The notes beneath the pieces were generated by a model that was not told the DNA's origin, made no database searches, and worked only from the letters and a program-made list of their open reading frames with translations. From a virus (taxonomy: Duplodnaviria > Caudoviricetes): 46,360 nucleotides of DNA. Location of the stretch: the IMG/VR virus record IMGVR_UViG_3300046779_000201, positions 1 through 46,360 of that record. One strand, 5' to 3'. A program made the translations under genes and the position numbers. Every line of letters begins with the position of its first letter. The stretch's first letter is position 1. This document shows positions 35,854-45,181 of this stretch, one piece after another.

Positions 35854-36363
35854 CTACATTGTCGCTGGCTCTAACTGCTCTTCGACTACTTCGTTAGCGA
35901 TTACCATCAACCGCTCTGCGAGATCGAATCGCCCGTGGTGATGCAGATGCTGGGCTAGTCTATCTAACTGCGCCGAGATATCGCCTAGGCTAAGAAGTGT
36001 TTCAGTGGTTACTGATTCGTCTTGAGACTCTTCGGTTTCCTCTTCTACCTTCGGTTCCTTCCCTAACTCCCTAGCGAACTTTGCTAGTAACTGAACTGAA
36101 CGGGTGGGATAATCGTAAATCGCTGTCCGCTTATCCGATTCCTTCCAGTTCTTAAGTACTGCTTTAACTCTACTACGATAATTCTTTGCTTCTTTTTCAG
36201 TTTCACCGTTATTGATTCTGAAGTTTAGATAACTATCTAAAAATTCATCCATCTGTTCGGGTTTACTGATACTGATAAGGCAGTCTTTGATGATTGCCAC
36301 TGCCTTCTGTCCCGCATTAGTTTCCACTTTTGCGAGTTCCTTCCCGGAATGCTCGAAGTTCAT
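35854..36363 (-). CDS. First early gene, hypothetical helical protein
   Basis: AAGGA SD then ATG at 36363 (MNFEHSG); own promoter and terminator. Confidence 0.75.
   Translation of the reverse strand: MNFEHSGKELAKVETNAGQKAVAIIKDCLISISKPEQMDEFLDSYLNFRINNGETEKEAKNYRSRVKAVLKNWKESDKRTAIYDYPTRSVQLLAKFARELGKEPKVEEETEESQDESVTTETLLSLGDISAQLDRLAQHLHHHGRFDLAERLMVIANEVVEEQLEPATM
36226..36239. promoter_or_regulatory. Palindrome TAGATA-AC-TATCTA (copy 7 of 8, intragenic)
   Basis: Encodes LDSYL. Confidence 0.75.
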
Positions 36364-36402
36364 AGTGTTTTCCTTTAGCAAGTGATTAAAGAACGAATGA
36401 AC

Positions 36403-36416
36403 TAGATAACTATCTA
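36403..36416. promoter_or_regulatory. Palindrome TAGATA-AC-TATCTA (copy 8 of 8)
   Basis: About +7 to +20 of the predicted first early promoter. Confidence 0.85.
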
Positions 36417-36428
36417 ATCCATGCCTGA

Positions 36429-36456
36429 ATCTTAGCACGTTTCCCCAGTCTGTCTA
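36429..36456 (-). promoter_or_regulatory. First early sigma70 promoter
   Basis: TAGACA-16-TAAGAT with TG. Confidence 0.6.
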
Positions 36457-36577
36457 CCTAGGGACAACCCTAATGTATTTTTATACAGTGTTGTTTTTTA
36501 GAGACACTAGGTGGTTGCTTTAGGGTGCATCATAGCCTCTCTCTATCGCTCCCTAGCCCTCGATAGTCTCTATCTAT

Positions 36578-36610
36578 TGGCATGATTCTTGCATAGCAAC
36601 TTCCGTGCCA
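36578..36610. promoter_or_regulatory. Two convergent sigma54 -24/-12 motifs
   Basis: + strand TGGCATGATTCTTGCA (36578-36593) and - strand TGGCACGGAAGTTGCT (36610-36595), both GG-N10-GC. Confidence 0.65.
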
Positions 36611-36893
36611 GCAACTGTGGTGTAAAAGAGACACCGGGGGAGGGGGTACATAATGGCTTACGTGTTTTTAGTACCCTACAGCACACAAGAGAAGGCAAAA
36701 TAGGAATTAAATAGTAGGAAATCTAACTAAATAGTACAAAATAGGACTGAATTACCACTATGTAAATTACCTTTATAATCAAGTACTTAGAATCTAAATA
36801 AGAATTCTTCTCATTCTCAGTAAAAAGGAGAAGTTCACTACAGGTCTAAATAGGCTAATCTGTACACTTTAGCCTCTAAAGAGTAGAAAGTAC

Positions 36894-36922
36894 TTGACTT
36901 TTAAGAAAAAGTATGCTATAAT
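36894..36922 (+). promoter_or_regulatory. sigma70 promoter of the packaging operon
   Basis: TTGACT-17-TATAAT with TG. Confidence 0.9.
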
Positions 36923-37022
36923 AAATGTATTAAGAACAAACTATGTAGAAACTAAATACAATAATCATAATTATAATTCTTAATAATTTAAAACTACATA
37001 GATAATAAGGAGAAACACAAAA

Positions 37023-37442
37023 GTGTCCTTAGAAGCTCAAGGTGTTACCCTGTCCCCTTCTAAAAAAAGAGGCAGACCCAGAAAAGCTGACGTTGAAGCT
37101 AAGAAAAAGCGAGGCGTGGTAGGTCGTCCTCCCGGCGAGGCAGCAAGAATCAAAGAGTTTTATGCCCGTCTTCTGTCCACCAGCGGGGAAAAGGTCATTG
37201 AGACTGTACTCCGCAAGGCTATGGATGATGCAGACAAGGATCAGGTGGCGTGTCTAAAGATGTGCATTGACAGACTACTGCCTATCTCCCACTTTGAGAA
37301 GCAAGGTCAGGGCAGGTCCAACTCAATACAGGTTCAGATTGTAACCACAGGCACTCCCCAGATAGCTGCGACAGAAACTGAGGAGATTGGATACGAAGTG
37401 ATAGATGTTGACTCTGAAGGGTCTGAAGATGGCAAGCCTTAG
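37023..37442 (+). CDS. Putative terminase small subunit (copy 2)
   Basis: Homolog of 95-499. Confidence 0.7.
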   Translation: MSLEAQGVTLSPSKKRGRPRKADVEAKKKRGVVGRPPGEAARIKEFYARLLSTSGEKVIETVLRKAMDDADKDQVACLKMCIDRLLPISHFEKQGQGRSNSIQVQIVTTGTPQIAATETEEIGYEVIDVDSEGSEDGKP

Positions 37443-38691
37443 AGTCGAGTTACACCCAAAGCAAACAGAAGTATTTAATGACAATCACAGGTTTAAGGTA
37501 GTAGCTGCGGGTAGACGGTTTGGTAAGTCAAGACTAGCGGCTTGGACCCTCATCATTGAGGCCCTAAAATCTAAAGAGAAGGATGTCTTCTATGTTGCCC
37601 CAACTTTTCAACAAGCTAAAGACATTATGTGGACGGTTCTTAAGGAGCTTGGACACGAAGTTATCAAATCTGTCCACGAGAATACGGCGGTAATAACTTT
37701 AGTAAACGACAGGAAGATTTACCTCAAAGGGTCTGACCGTCCAGATACGATGCGAGGTGTAGGTCTAGCGTATGTCGTAGTTGACGAGTACGCTGACATG
37801 AAGCCCCAAGTGTTCGAGCAGATTCTTAGGCCAGCACTGTCAGATGTAAAGGGTGGAGCACTGTTCATTGGTACACCGAAGGGCAGAAATCACTTCTACG
37901 AGTTGTACCAGATGGCCCAGAAGGATGAAGATGAAGACTGGATATCGTTTCACTTTACTTCTTTTGATAATCCTCTACTCGATCCTAAAGAGATTGAAGC
38001 AGCAAAGAAGTCAATGTCTTCCTTCAGTTTTAGACAGGAATACCTTGCTAGTTTCGAAGCCGCTTCATCAGACTTATTTAAAGAAGAGTGGATACATTAT
38101 GTTGATAGCGATGATACTCCTAATGACGGTAATTATTACATCGCTGTTGATTTGGCTGGCTTTGAAGATGTAAGCAAGCAGGCTAGCAACAAGAAGAAGC
38201 ACCTAGACGAAACTGCTATAGCTGTAGTCAAAGTTACTCTGGATGGTTGGTACGTAGATAACATAGTGTTTGGACGATGGGATATCAAAGAAACCGCAAA
38301 CAAGATATTAGAAACGGCAAGAAGTTACGATGTGCGGCTAGTAGGTATAGAGCGGGGAATGGCCAAGAACGCCGTACTCCCATACCTACAAGACTTGATG
38401 AAGAGGAAGTCGTTTTTCATCTCAGTGACAGAACTGACACATGGCAACAAGAAGAAGACGGACCGCATAGTATGGGCTTTACAGGGACGCTTCGAGCATG
38501 GAAGGATTAAGTTAATTAGAGGCGAGTGGAACAAGCAGTTCGTAGACCAGCTTCTTAACTTTCCTAATAGCGCCGTACACGATGACCTCATTGATGCCTT
38601 AGCTTACATCGATCAGATTGGCATCACAGAGTTTACAGATATGATTGAAGAAGAAGAATACGAAGCCCTAGACGAAATATCAGGATACTAA
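37429..38691 (+). CDS. terL: Terminase large subunit (copy 2)
   Basis: ATG at 37429 gives 420 aa, the same length as copy 1; all motifs intact. Confidence 0.96.
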   Translation: MASLRVELHPKQTEVFNDNHRFKVVAAGRRFGKSRLAAWTLIIEALKSKEKDVFYVAPTFQQAKDIMWTVLKELGHEVIKSVHENTAVITLVNDRKIYLKGSDRPDTMRGVGLAYVVVDEYADMKPQVFEQILRPALSDVKGGALFIGTPKGRNHFYELYQMAQKDEDEDWISFHFTSFDNPLLDPKEIEAAKKSMSSFSFRQEYLASFEAASSDLFKEEWIHYVDSDDTPNDGNYYIAVDLAGFEDVSKQASNKKKHLDETAIAVVKVTLDGWYVDNIVFGRWDIKETANKILETARSYDVRLVGIERGMAKNAVLPYLQDLMKRKSFFISVTELTHGNKKKTDRIVWALQGRFEHGRIKLIRGEWNKQFVDQLLNFPNSAVHDDLIDALAYIDQIGITEFTDMIEEEEYEALDEISGY

Positions 38692-38692
38692 C

Positions 38693-39646
38693 ATGGCTAT
38701 AGCTCGTTTATTCCAAGGACTACTGGAAATACCAGAAGAGTTTATTGCTGCCTCCACCAGAGGCACTAGGGCTTTGTTTGAGGAAGAACCTGCTAAGCTT
38801 CGCAGGCCGGAGCTAATTGGTGGTGCTAGAGGGCTTGTTTCTTTTGAAGATACCTTACAGCCTGAACAAGCTTCAATGATGCGTAATAATCTTGTGTTAG
38901 CTAATAAGATGTTTAAGAAGGGCGAAGCTAACGAGGATATCTTAGCTCGTACTGGTTTTTATTTTGATGAGACAGGTAAGCCTAAGTATGAGATTGATGA
39001 CTCTGAAGCTGACTTTATTATTCCATTCTCAGAGCTAAAGCCCGGACAACCAGTTCTAATGGGTGACTTACTCAAGCATGATAAGTTTTACTCTTTCTAT
39101 CCTGAGTTAAGAGACACACCAGTTAACTTCTATCGTGGTAAGGCTACTGAGGTTGGTGGGTTCAATGTCAAGACTGGTGAGATTGATATGAACCTTAACA
39201 GTACTTCTCTTATCGATGAAGACCCTATAGGAGGAGTAGCTGACTTGTTGCACGAGACTCAACACGCTATTCAGAAGTTTGAGAAGTTCTCTCAAGGTGG
39301 TAGCAGGCAGCAGTTCTTACGAGACATTGCTACTCCTACTGATAAAGAAATTGAAGAAGCTTTTATTAAATACCTAAAGCTTGCTGGTGAAGCTGAAGCT
39401 CGAAATGTATCTTTTAGATACTCAGAACCTAAGTATGACAAAGCTGCAAAGATTCTTGGTCTAAAGAGTAAAGACAGAACAAAAGGAAAGAATGTGCTTC
39501 AGACTTTAACTAAAGATAAAATGTCAGAAGACTATGGAGTAACTCCTGCACAGTTAACGGACCAACAAGGCAATGTGGTTGATATCCGTAATGAAACAGG
39601 CGTAGAAGATTTAAGTTATAGAGAGCCAATTGAAAGGACTATCTAA
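38693..39646 (+). CDS. LPD23-like / zincin protein (divergent allele)
   Basis: RTG, KYEIDDS, FYPEL, LLHETQHAIQ, AGEAEARNV. Confidence 0.72.
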   Translation: MAIARLFQGLLEIPEEFIAASTRGTRALFEEEPAKLRRPELIGGARGLVSFEDTLQPEQASMMRNNLVLANKMFKKGEANEDILARTGFYFDETGKPKYEIDDSEADFIIPFSELKPGQPVLMGDLLKHDKFYSFYPELRDTPVNFYRGKATEVGGFNVKTGEIDMNLNSTSLIDEDPIGGVADLLHETQHAIQKFEKFSQGGSRQQFLRDIATPTDKEIEEAFIKYLKLAGEAEARNVSFRYSEPKYDKAAKILGLKSKDRTKGKNVLQTLTKDKMSEDYGVTPAQLTDQQGNVVDIRNETGVEDLSYREPIERTI

Positions 39647-41637
39647 TGGCTGACTTTCAAGAAGACCCAGTATCAGAATCAGATAAAGAGCTAGTAGCCT
39701 TTATTATTGATCATTGTGATCGGTGGAAAGAACACCGTGATAATAACTATCAAGCTAAGTGGGATGAGTACGAGCGCCTCTATTATGGCGTATGGTCTGA
39801 CGAAGACAAGACTCGTGAATCAGAGCGAAGCAGGCTTGTATCTCCTGCTATCCGTCAGGCGGTAGAGAATAAGACCTCAGAAATTATTGAGGCTACAACA
39901 GGCCGAGGTGAGTTCTTTGAGTTAGATGACGATGCTGCTGACCCGCAACCAATGGATGTTGAAATGGTTAAGCTTCAACTCCATGATGATTTAAAGAAAG
40001 ATAAAGTAGATAAGGTTTGGTCAGAAGTTAACCGCAACGCTGAAATCTTTGGTTTAGGTGTGGCTGAGATTCAGATTAAGTCTACAGTAGAACTACAACC
40101 AGCTATGCAGCCAATGCCTGATGGAACAAGTGCAGCTGTTGGTGTCATAGAGAAAGACCGTATTTCTGTTCCTGTCAAGTCAGTACACCCACGTAACTTT
40201 GTTTGGGACCCTAACTCTGAGACAGTAGAAGACAGTCTTGGTGTGGCTGTTGAAGAGTACACCAGCCTCTTTAAAGTAGTTAAAGGGATTGAAGATGGAA
40301 TCTATCGAAAAGTTAATATTGGTCCTGAGTTTAGTGACGCTGATCTCATCCCAAATCAACTGGACTCACTTTACCAAGAAGATAAGGTACGAGTCCTTCG
40401 CTACTACGGGCTAGTTCCTCGTGAGTATCTAGAGCAACTAGAGAACGAAGAAAACGAAGTAGCTGATTTGTTTCCTGAAGACAGCGATGCAGACAAATAC
40501 GCAGACATGGTAGAGGCTGTGGTTGTTATTGCTAACAATCAGTACCTGCTTAAAGCAGAACCAAACCCATACATGATTAAAGACCGTCCTATTGTAACCT
40601 ATGTTCCTGAGAAAGTCTCAGGCAGGTTAGTAGGAATAGGCACTGTGCAAAAGGGCTACAATATGCAGAAAGCTATTGATGCCCAGCTCCGTAGTCATCT
40701 GGACTCTCTAGCACTGACTACGGCTCCTATGATGGCAGCTGATGCTACAAGACTTCCTCGTGGTGTAAACTACAAGGTTCAGCCCGGAAAGACCTTACTT
40801 ACTAACGGTAATCCTAACGAGATTCTCTTTCCGTTTAAGTTTGGCTCTACTGATGCTGGTAATATCCAAACTGCTGCTGCGTTTGAGACAATGTTGTTGC
40901 AGGCTACTGGTACACTAGACAGTCAAGCAATGACAAGGTCTGTAGCTCAGGGAGATGCTGGAGGAGCTTCTATGTCCTTAGCTATGTCTTCTATCATTAA
41001 GAAGAATAAACAAGCACTGATGAACTTCCAAGATGACTTCTTAATTCCTTTGATTAAGAAGGTAGCCTATCGCTATATGCAGTTTGACCCAGAGCGTTAT
41101 CCATCTAAGGACTTTAAGTTTACCCCAGCCTCCACCCTTGGTATGGTAGCTAGGGAGTACGAGCAGCAACAGTTCATTGGTTTACTCCAAACCCTTGGTC
41201 CTGATAGTCCTGTTCTTCCTTTGGTTCTCAAAGGCATTATCAAAGGTTCCAGTCTGTCCAATAAGGAAGAACTTGCGGCAGCACTAGACCAGATGAGTCA
41301 GCCTAACCCAGAAGCTCAGGCAATGCAACAGGCTCAGATGCAGGCTCAGATTCAACTGGTTCAGGCTCAGATTAACGAGCTTAACTCAAGAGCAGCAGAG
41401 TCTCAAGCTGACGCTCAAGAGGCAATGGCTAAGGCTCAAAAGACTATGGTTGAAGCCCAGCTAATGCCAGAGGAGCTACGAGCTAAAGTTATTCAGTCAG
41501 TATCTACTAACTTAGATGGTTCTAACCAAGGCGAGTTTGAAAGACGTGCTAAGGTAGCTGAGCTTATCCTGAAGGAACGGGAGATTCAGACTAAGGAAAA
41601 CATCGTAGAAGCACAGATGAATAGAAAAGTACAATAA
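39646..41637 (+). CDS. Portal protein (copy 2)
   Basis: 663 aa homolog of 2712-4703. Confidence 0.9.
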   Translation: MADFQEDPVSESDKELVAFIIDHCDRWKEHRDNNYQAKWDEYERLYYGVWSDEDKTRESERSRLVSPAIRQAVENKTSEIIEATTGRGEFFELDDDAADPQPMDVEMVKLQLHDDLKKDKVDKVWSEVNRNAEIFGLGVAEIQIKSTVELQPAMQPMPDGTSAAVGVIEKDRISVPVKSVHPRNFVWDPNSETVEDSLGVAVEEYTSLFKVVKGIEDGIYRKVNIGPEFSDADLIPNQLDSLYQEDKVRVLRYYGLVPREYLEQLENEENEVADLFPEDSDADKYADMVEAVVVIANNQYLLKAEPNPYMIKDRPIVTYVPEKVSGRLVGIGTVQKGYNMQKAIDAQLRSHLDSLALTTAPMMAADATRLPRGVNYKVQPGKTLLTNGNPNEILFPFKFGSTDAGNIQTAAAFETMLLQATGTLDSQAMTRSVAQGDAGGASMSLAMSSIIKKNKQALMNFQDDFLIPLIKKVAYRYMQFDPERYPSKDFKFTPASTLGMVAREYEQQQFIGLLQTLGPDSPVLPLVLKGIIKGSSLSNKEELAAALDQMSQPNPEAQAMQQAQMQAQIQLVQAQINELNSRAAESQADAQEAMAKAQKTMVEAQLMPEELRAKVIQSVSTNLDGSNQGEFERRAKVAELILKEREIQTKENIVEAQMNRKVQ

Positions 41638-41641
41638 GTAC

Positions 41642-41670
41642 TTGACAAATCAATAAAAGTATGGTATAAT
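41642..41670 (+). promoter_or_regulatory. sigma70 promoter (copy 2)
   Basis: TTGACA-17-TATAAT with TG; spacer diverged, boxes conserved. Confidence 0.9.
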
Positions 41671-41717
41671 AGATTATATGTTGTAGAAATACAACACAGT
41701 CCTAGATAGGAGAAACT

Positions 41718-41960
41718 GTGGATAAAGACATTCAGGAATACTATGAGGCTAGGTTTGACATGATGGCCTCAAAAGGATGGAAAGATCTAGTTGAAGACAC
41801 CCAGAAAATGCTGGATGCCTACAACAAGATTGAAAGATTGACTGGTGTTGAGGACTTACACTACGCCAAAGGACAGTTAGATATCCTAAACTGGGTAATA
41901 AACCTTAAGCAAACTTCGGAAGAAGCCTATAGGGAGTTAACAGATGAAACGGATATTTGA
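41718..41960 (+). CDS. Small acidic protein (copy 2)
   Basis: Homolog of 4785-5015. Confidence 0.8.
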   Translation: MDKDIQEYYEARFDMMASKGWKDLVEDTQKMLDAYNKIERLTGVEDLHYAKGQLDILNWVINLKQTSEEAYRELTDETDI

Positions 41961-42177
41961 GTTCAGGTGCGTTAAAGACCACCTCACCGAAAAATTGGTC
42001 GATGATGAGGTACGCTCTATAGAGTGTCCACATTGTCGCAATGAAGCTTCTCGTATTATCTCGTCACCCCGTATCAGTCTGGAGGGCATCACAGGTGCGT
42101 TTCCTTCAGCGTGTGATGCGTGGGCTAGAAAACACGAAGAAGCAACTAGAGTCGCTTACAAGAAACAGCAGAGCTGA
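41944..42177 (+). CDS. Zinc-ribbon protein (copy 2)
   Basis: Homolog of 5012-5245. Confidence 0.7.
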   Translation: MKRIFEFRCVKDHLTEKLVDDEVRSIECPHCRNEASRIISSPRISLEGITGAFPSACDAWARKHEEATRVAYKKQQS

Positions 42178-42229
42178 TTCCAAGTGACATTTTAAAGTTC
42201 CTAGAATCCGTTGTGGACAGGAGGATAAT

Positions 42230-43045
42230 GTGGCCGCATCTTTTACCGATACGCAAGAAGAGTTATTTGAAGCAAGTGATATTACTCAGCAAGAGACTCA
42301 GCAAGTAGCTGAAGAACCTCAAGTTGAAACCGTACAGGAAGTAGCTCCTGCAGAGGAGAACCTTCCAACCAAGTACAAGGGCAAGAGTCTTGATGAAATA
42401 ATCAGGATGCACCAAGAGGCTGAGAAGCTAATTGGTAGACAGGCTCAGGAAGTTGGTGAAGTACGTAAGCTTGCAGACGAACTAATCAAGCGACAACTCG
42501 ACAATAAGAAAGAAGTTGAGGTCACAAAAGAAGACGAGATCGATTTCTTTGAAGATCCGAAGAAGGCAGTACGCAAGGAAGTAGAGAACCATCCTGCAGT
42601 CAAAGAGGCTAAAGAACAAGTCGCTGAGATGAAAAGGATGCAAACATTAAACAGGCTTAAGACAGATTTCCCTGACTTTGAGTCTACTGTAGGAGACCCA
42701 GCATTTGCTGAGTGGGTGAAAGCCTCTCCAGTTCGTTTGCGTTTATACGCAGCAGCTGATGCAAATATGGATTATGATTCTGCAGCAGAACTTCTTGGTA
42801 CTTGGAATTATGTTAAACCTAAAGCCGTAGCTCCTACAGCTTCTGCTCCTGCGCCAGAGATTAAAGCGGCACAGAAAGCAGCAGTCAAGTCAGCTACAGT
42901 GGATGTTGGTTCTAATACTGGCGCTACTTCTGCAAAGGTCTATCGAAGAGCGGATCTAATCCGTTTACAACTGGAAGACCCAGACCGTTATTATCAGCTA
43001 CAAGATGAAATTATGGCTGCATACGCTCAGGGTCGAGTTAAATAA
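42230..43045 (+). CDS. Scaffolding protein (copy 2)
   Basis: Homolog of 5298-6128. Confidence 0.8.
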   Translation: MAASFTDTQEELFEASDITQQETQQVAEEPQVETVQEVAPAEENLPTKYKGKSLDEIIRMHQEAEKLIGRQAQEVGEVRKLADELIKRQLDNKKEVEVTKEDEIDFFEDPKKAVRKEVENHPAVKEAKEQVAEMKRMQTLNRLKTDFPDFESTVGDPAFAEWVKASPVRLRLYAAADANMDYDSAAELLGTWNYVKPKAVAPTASAPAPEIKAAQKAAVKSATVDVGSNTGATSAKVYRRADLIRLQLEDPDRYYQLQDEIMAAYAQGRVK

Positions 43046-43069
43046 ACTTAATCATTTAGGAGATTTAAA

Positions 43070-44014
43070 ATGGCTCTTGGTACCGATCACGTAACAAAAA
43101 CAACAGCGGATAAATTTATCCCTGAGATTTGGTCTGATGAAATCATCGCTGCTTACAAAAAGAACTTGGTTGCTGCTAACCTGTTCTCTAAAATGTCTTT
43201 CAAAGGCAAGAAGGGCGATACACTTCACATTCCTAAGCCCACTCGTGGTGATGCTGCTGTTAAGACTGCATCCAGTCAGGTAACACTGATTGCTGCAACT
43301 GAGACAGAAGTTCAGGTTCTCATCAACAAGCACTATGAGTATAGCCGCTTGATTGAAGATATTGTCGAAGTTCAGGCTCTGTCTTCGCTGCGCCGCTTCT
43401 ACACGGATGACGCTGGTTATGCGCTGGCAAAGCGTGTTGACGTTGACCTCATTCAGCTTGGTCGTACTGTCAACGGTGGTGTAGCTGGTACAAGTGACTA
43501 CGCTACTGCTGCTGCTAGCACGAATGCATTCATTGGTTCGACTGGCGCAACTGTGTACAACTCCAGCACGTCTAACGCTGCTGCTCTTGGCGAGGCAGGT
43601 ATTCGCCGTTCAATCCAGCGTCTTGATGACCAAGACGTTCCGATGACGGATCGTTTCCTGATTGTTCCTCCTTCAAGCCGCAACACGTTGATGAGCATCT
43701 CTCGCTTTACGGAGCAGGCTTTCGTAGGTGAGCAGGGCGGTAACAACACAATCCGTAACGGTCAAATTGGTGACGTGTTTGGTGTTAAGGTATTTGTTAC
43801 CACCAACGCTGACACTGCTGCTGGTACTTCTGGCACAGACCGTATCTGCTTGTTGGCTCACAAAGACGCATTTGTGTTAGCCGAGCAAATGGGTGTTCGT
43901 TCACAGACTCAGTACAAACAAGAGTATCTTGGTACTCTGTTTACAAGCGATATGCTCTACGGTGTCGCTGAGTTGCGTGATGGCTCCGCTGTTGCTCTCG
44001 CAGTTCCTGCCTAA
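43070..44014 (+). CDS. Major capsid protein (copy 2)
   Basis: 314 aa, 14 substitutions versus copy 1. Confidence 0.92.
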   Translation: MALGTDHVTKTTADKFIPEIWSDEIIAAYKKNLVAANLFSKMSFKGKKGDTLHIPKPTRGDAAVKTASSQVTLIAATETEVQVLINKHYEYSRLIEDIVEVQALSSLRRFYTDDAGYALAKRVDVDLIQLGRTVNGGVAGTSDYATAAASTNAFIGSTGATVYNSSTSNAAALGEAGIRRSIQRLDDQDVPMTDRFLIVPPSSRNTLMSISRFTEQAFVGEQGGNNTIRNGQIGDVFGVKVFVTTNADTAAGTSGTDRICLLAHKDAFVLAEQMGVRSQTQYKQEYLGTLFTSDMLYGVAELRDGSAVALAVPA

Positions 44015-44033
44015 TAGCTTTTAGCTAGTGGCT

Positions 44034-44064
44034 CTCCTCAGCCTCACAAGGGCTGGGGAGTTTT
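44034..44064 (+). terminator. Terminator after capsid gene (copy 2)
   Basis: CTCCTCAGCC-TCACAAG-GGCTGGGGAG then TTTT. Confidence 0.8.
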
Positions 44065-44113
44065 ACTAAGTAGATTCACGCAGTCTACTGAGTAAAACTA
44101 CAAAGGATAACTT

Positions 44114-45181
44114 ATGGCTTTGTATCGAGGTCCCGGTGGTTCAGGTGACGCTACCAATGACGCTAATAATCAGGCTGTAGTAGCTCAGACTGCTGCTACA
44201 AACGCTGCTGCGTCTGCATCAACTGCTGCAGGTTCTGCTTCTGCTGCTGGTGGCTCTGCTGCTGCAGCTGCTTCTTCCGCTGCAAATGCTGCATCGAATG
44301 CTACTGATGCACAGTCTTATGCTACCAACGCCAATACTTACGCAAGTAACGCAGCTTCTTCAGCTAGTGCTGCGTCTACCTCAGCAACCAATGCCGCTGC
44401 TTCAGCTGCTGCTGCACTAGCTAGCGAAACCGCTTCAGTTAACTTAGCAACTAACTTTGCTGTTACTGCTAACACATTATCTGCTGGCTCTAGCGCCACT
44501 GCTTCATACAACTCTGGTACTTACACTTTAACTCTTGGAGTTCCTACTGGTGCAACTGGCGCTACAGGTTCAACAGGAGCTACAGGGGCCACAGGTGCTA
44601 CTGGTGCAACAGGCCCTGCAGGACCAGCTAACAGCTTATCAATTGGTACAGTTACCACTGGCTCTGTAGGTTCTAGCGCAGCTGCTACGATTACTGGCAC
44701 TGCTCCTACTCAGACTCTAAGCTTAACTATCCCAGTAGGTGCAACAGGAGCTACTGGCTCTACAGGATCAACAGGGGCTGCTGGAGCTGCTGCCACGATT
44801 GCTGTAGGCACAGTAACTACTGGAGCTGCAGGTTCCTCTGCTACTGTAACGAATGCAGGAACTAGCTCTGCTGCTATCTTTGACTTCAGTATTCCTACTG
44901 GAGCAACGGGCGCAACTGGAGCTACCGGGGCAACTGGCGCAACAGGGGCTACCGGCGCAACTGGCCCGACTGGACCCGGAGTAGTTGTTGGTGGTACTGC
45001 TGGACAGTATCTAAAGAAGGTATCTAGTACAGACTATGATACTACTTGGGAAACATTTACTACTTCTACGGTAGGACTAGGTAACGTAGAGAATACTGCA
45101 TTATCAACTTGGGCTGGTTCATCTAATATCACAACTGTAGGCACTGTAGTAACTGGAACAATTTCTGGAGGTACGTACTAA
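44114..45181 (+). CDS. Collagen-like fibre protein (copy 2)
   Basis: GAT repeats, ends TISGGTY. Confidence 0.75.
   Translation: MALYRGPGGSGDATNDANNQAVVAQTAATNAAASASTAAGSASAAGGSAAAAASSAANAASNATDAQSYATNANTYASNAASSASAASTSATNAAASAAAALASETASVNLATNFAVTANTLSAGSSATASYNSGTYTLTLGVPTGATGATGSTGATGATGATGATGPAGPANSLSIGTVTTGSVGSSAAATITGTAPTQTLSLTIPVGATGATGSTGSTGAAGAAATIAVGTVTTGAAGSSATVTNAGTSSAAIFDFSIPTGATGATGATGATGATGATGATGPTGPGVVVGGTAGQYLKKVSSTDYDTTWETFTTSTVGLGNVENTALSTWAGSSNITTVGTVVTGTISGGTY

Larger units (their letters stand above)
1..36928. mobile_element. Complete unit-length podovirus-like phage genome (T7-like replication genes, no RNA polymerase)
   Basis: Full set of packaging, head, tail, lysis and replication genes in two arms; the sequence at position 1 recurs at 36929. 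Confidence 0.93.

Noticed and set aside
27454-36416. Palindromes as CRISPR repeats or integron attC sites
   Set aside because: Irregular kilobase spacing, 14 bp only, three inside genes, no cas or integrase gene.
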